A DNA stretch of 24,000 nucleotides from Candidatus Poriferisocius anaerobius (GTDB taxonomy: Bacteria > Actinomycetota > Acidimicrobiia > Acidimicrobiales > Bin134), in assembly GCA_028278785.1 (NCBI GenBank), contig JAPYOG010000067.1:24813-48812 (forward strand), written 5' to 3'. The notes under the pieces were generated by a model. The model did no database searches. It saw only the letters and a program-made list of their open reading frames with translations, and was not told the origin of the DNA. Both the position numbers and the translations under genes were made by a program. Position 1 is the stretch's first letter. Each line of letters begins with the position of its first letter. Of this stretch, positions 22,297-24,000 are shown one piece after another.

Positions 22297-23418
22297 TTAG
22301 GAGGGGAGCCAGGCGCTCCAGACGTCTTCGTTGGCCGCGATCCAGTCAGCCGCAGCATCGTCCACCGACTGCCCGTCGTTCTCGATGGCAGCCAGCATCG
22401 CGATCTGGTCGGCGCTGGTGTAGCTCATTGCCCGCAGGAAATGGTCCGCATCGGGGGCATCCTCCGACAGGTTTGCGCTGATGATCTTGAACAAGTGGTC
22501 TGCGGGGTAGTCGCAGTCGACTTGGTCGGGCGCATTCGCAGCAGCCTCGCCGCATTCATCGGTGTACTCGGGCAGAAGGACATTGGTCAGATCGTAGGCG
22601 TTGAATGCTGAGTGCGGAGTCCACAGATACACCAGGATTGGCTCTTGGCGGCTGTATGCCGCATCCACCGCAGCCAAGATCGCCGCCTCTGAGCCGGCGT
22701 AGACCACCTCGAGCGGCAGGTCCAGGTTGTTTATGATCGCCTCGTCGAACTGCACGAAGCTCGGGTCGCCGCCGAGGAACTGCCCTTTGTCGCCGGTTTC
22801 GGCTGTGGCGAACAGGCTTGCCAGCTCGGGATCGGCGAATCCCTCCCAAGTCGCCAACTCCGGGTGCTGATCCACCATGTAGGTGGGGATGAACCAGCCG
22901 ATTTTCCCAACCGGCCCCAATAGCCCGGCATTGTCCACGTTGGCCTCCGGGTTGTCGATGAAGTCGATGACATCTTGCGCGTGGCCTGACGGCCATACCT
23001 CGAGGGACGCATCTATGTCACCGGTGTTGATGGCCGGCCATTGGGCGTTTTCGTCGATGTCGATCCGCACCACCTCATAGCCCAGCTCGCTCTCCAAAAG
23101 CGCAGCGGCCACCGCAGAGTTGGCCGCGGCGCCGTTCCAGTTGTTGACCGCTAGGGTGATCGTGGTCTGGGCGCCGCGGGTGTCCGCCGGCTCGGGCTCG
23201 GGTTCCGACGCCGGCCCAGATGCCTCGGCGGCGGGCGCCGCGGTGGCGGCCGGAGCGTCGTCGTCGGGCGCGGTGGCGGGAGCTTCGGTCGCAGTCTCAG
23301 CCGGAGCGCCGCCGTCATCGTCGTCGTTGCCGCAGCTCACGGCGACGAGCGCCAGTGCGGCTAAGAGCAAGGCAATGAGCCTCCAGCTTCGGAACGGTTT
23401 TGTCTCGTTTGTCCGCAT
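22297..23418 (-). CDS. OpuAC/ProX-type glycine betaine/choline-binding lipoprotein
   Basis: From ATG 23418 within ORF 22297..23448: MRTNETKPFRSWRLIALLLAALALVAVSC|GNDDDD (lipobox), with GAGGGGGAAG upstream. The body (TLAVNNWNGAAANS..., LEVWPSGH, GWFIPTYM, YLWTPHSAF) matches substrate-binding family OpuAC. Confidence 0.85.
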   Translation of the reverse strand: MRTNETKPFRSWRLIALLLAALALVAVSCGNDDDDGGAPAETATEAPATAPDDDAPAATAAPAAEASGPASEPEPEPADTRGAQTTITLAVNNWNGAAANSAVAAALLESELGYEVVRIDIDENAQWPAINTGDIDASLEVWPSGHAQDVIDFIDNPEANVDNAGLLGPVGKIGWFIPTYMVDQHPELATWEGFADPELASLFATAETGDKGQFLGGDPSFVQFDEAIINNLDLPLEVVYAGSEAAILAAVDAAYSRQEPILVYLWTPHSAFNAYDLTNVLLPEYTDECGEAAANAPDQVDCDYPADHLFKIISANLSEDAPDADHFLRAMSYTSADQIAMLAAIENDGQSVDDAAADWIAANEDVWSAWLPS

Positions 23419-23472
23419 CGGACTTCCCCCTCGGTTGGTGCTGCCCAAAACAGGCTAGCTGGACTGTTTTCT

Positions 23473-23481
23473 AAGATAGCA
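23473..23481 (-). promoter_or_regulatory. Possible extended -10 element (TGCTATCTT) for the OpuAC-like gene
   Basis: The minus strand reads TGCTATCTT about 55 nt upstream of ATG 23418. There is no good -35. Confidence 0.25.
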
Positions 23482-23533
23482 CATCCTCCAGTTCTGCGCT
23501 AGTGCCCTGGATAGTTGATTTATCGCATATTTG

Positions 23534-23578
23534 TTGCAGTGTTATTGCAGTTTTATTGCAGTTGCATATGTGCAGTTG
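23534..23578. promoter_or_regulatory. Array of helically phased direct repeats (TTGCAGT, 11-bp period) in an AT-richer spacer
   Basis: TTGCAGT occurs at 23534, 23545 and 23556. TTATTGCAGT is exact at 23542-23551 and 23553-23562. GCAGTTG occurs at 23558 and 23572. Confidence 0.4.
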
Positions 23579-23699
23579 TGATGTCGAAAATCTGGTCGGC
23601 GGTGTTGTGCCAGGCGAGTTGCCTGTTTTCGCCCCTGGTCCCATCGCGCTCGCCGATTGCCTGGCGGCCCCGCTGCTGGGCCAGTGCCCGGTGGTTGCT

Positions 23700-23793
23700 G
23701 TCGCGTGGTGTGGGCTGCGTGGTGTCGCGTGGTGTGGGCTGCGTGCTGCGGTGTGGGCTGCATGGTGTCGCGTGGTGTGGGCTGCGTGCTGCG
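23700..23793. repeat. Imperfect tandem/nested repeats built on the core GGTGTGGGCTGC
   Basis: The core occurs at 23707, 23731, 23750 and 23774. The 22-mer gtcgcgtggtgtgggctgcgtg occurs at 23700, 23724 and 23767. The 29-mer gtgtcgcgtggtgtgggctgcgtgctgcg is exact at 23722-23750 and 23765-23793. Confidence 0.85.
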
Positions 23794-23808
23794 GTCATGG
23801 CCGGTTTG

Positions 23809-24000
23809 TCAGTTTCGGAGTATGGGGTTGAGGTGTTCGGGCTGCCAGGTGTCAGTTCCGGTGTCGGGGAACGTGTCGGGTGGCGGGACGACTTGGTGCC
23901 GCCCGGTCCGCTGGTCGCGTGTCACCTGGTGGTGTTTGTCGTGGATGTCGTGGTGGCAGTCGTTGCACACGGTGACCAGGTTGGGGTAGTCGGTGCGTCC
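23809..24000 (-). CDS. HNH endonuclease (actinobacterial DUF222/REP13E12-type), C-terminal 63 codons; the 5' part lies outside the window
   Basis: My own translation of the minus strand from 24000: GRTDYPNLVTVCNDCHHDIHDKHHQVTRDQRTGRHQVVPPPDTFPDTGTDTWQPEHLNPILRN, then TGA at 23811-23809. N-L-x-x-x-C-x-x-C-H-x-x-x-H is the HNH motif. It is absent from the ORF track because no start lies in the window. Confidence 0.7.
   Translation of the reverse strand, partial: GRTDYPNLVTVCNDCHHDIHDKHHQVTRDQRTGRHQVVPPPDTFPDTGTDTWQPEHLNPILRN

Noticed and set aside
23700-23793. The repeat block considered as a possible CRISPR array.
   Set aside because: The repeat units are contiguous or overlapping with no unique spacers. 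The units are 12-29 nt with irregular 19-24-nt spacing, and no cas genes are present.
23553-23798. 81-aa minus-strand ORF (MTAARSPHHATPCSPHRSTQPTPRDTTQPTPRD...), and plus-strand ORFs 23502..23831 and 23657..23989.
   Set aside because: Their sequences are dictated by the tandem repeats (low-complexity, or Cys/Trp-rich on the other strand). They have no SD and no recognisable domain. I kept them only as a note under the repeat finding.

Overview
This is a high-GC, Actinomycetota-like chromosomal window. Hand counts give 40/60 G+C at 17041-17100, against 28/60 at 1021-1080 and 27/60 at 16021-16080. Most genes are on the minus strand. The window has seven parts. (1) 1-3421 is an accessory, partly lower-GC patch. 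It holds an IS1595-family transposase with a broken N-terminus, a 123-bp MITE-like element plus a third solo copy of its terminal repeat, and abutting remnants of three unrelated IS families (ISL3, IS30, IS3). It also holds two paralogous ~80-aa two-TM protein genes, each directly behind a sigma-70-like promoter placed for leaderless translation. (2) 3459-8010 is the conserved transglutaminase / DUF58 / MoxR AAA+ operon. (3) 8196-8804 is a stand-alone ribA. (4) 8864-15626 is a ROK-headed operon: M20 deacylase, sugar-type binding lipoprotein, CUT2-type permease, YhfX-like fold-type-III PLP enzyme and a single-NBD ATPase. (5) 15678-16724 is one low-GC orphan gene for a secreted protein with its own promoter. 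(6) 16897-23418 is a choline/glycine-betaine cluster: fused double ProW permease, ProV-like ATPase, divergent TetR, betA and an OpuAC-type lipoprotein. (7) 23460-24000 is a repeat-rich spacer plus the 3' end of an HNH (DUF222-type) endonuclease gene that runs off the window. I saw no rRNA, tRNA or CRISPR array. I cannot point to a clear novel multi-gene system. The best candidates for follow-up are the small-membrane-protein pair and MITE in the IS graveyard, the low-GC secreted orphan, the M20/YhfX-like transporter operon, and a recurring pattern of short perfect direct repeats at cistron junctions. All family assignments rest on recognising motifs by eye, with no database search.
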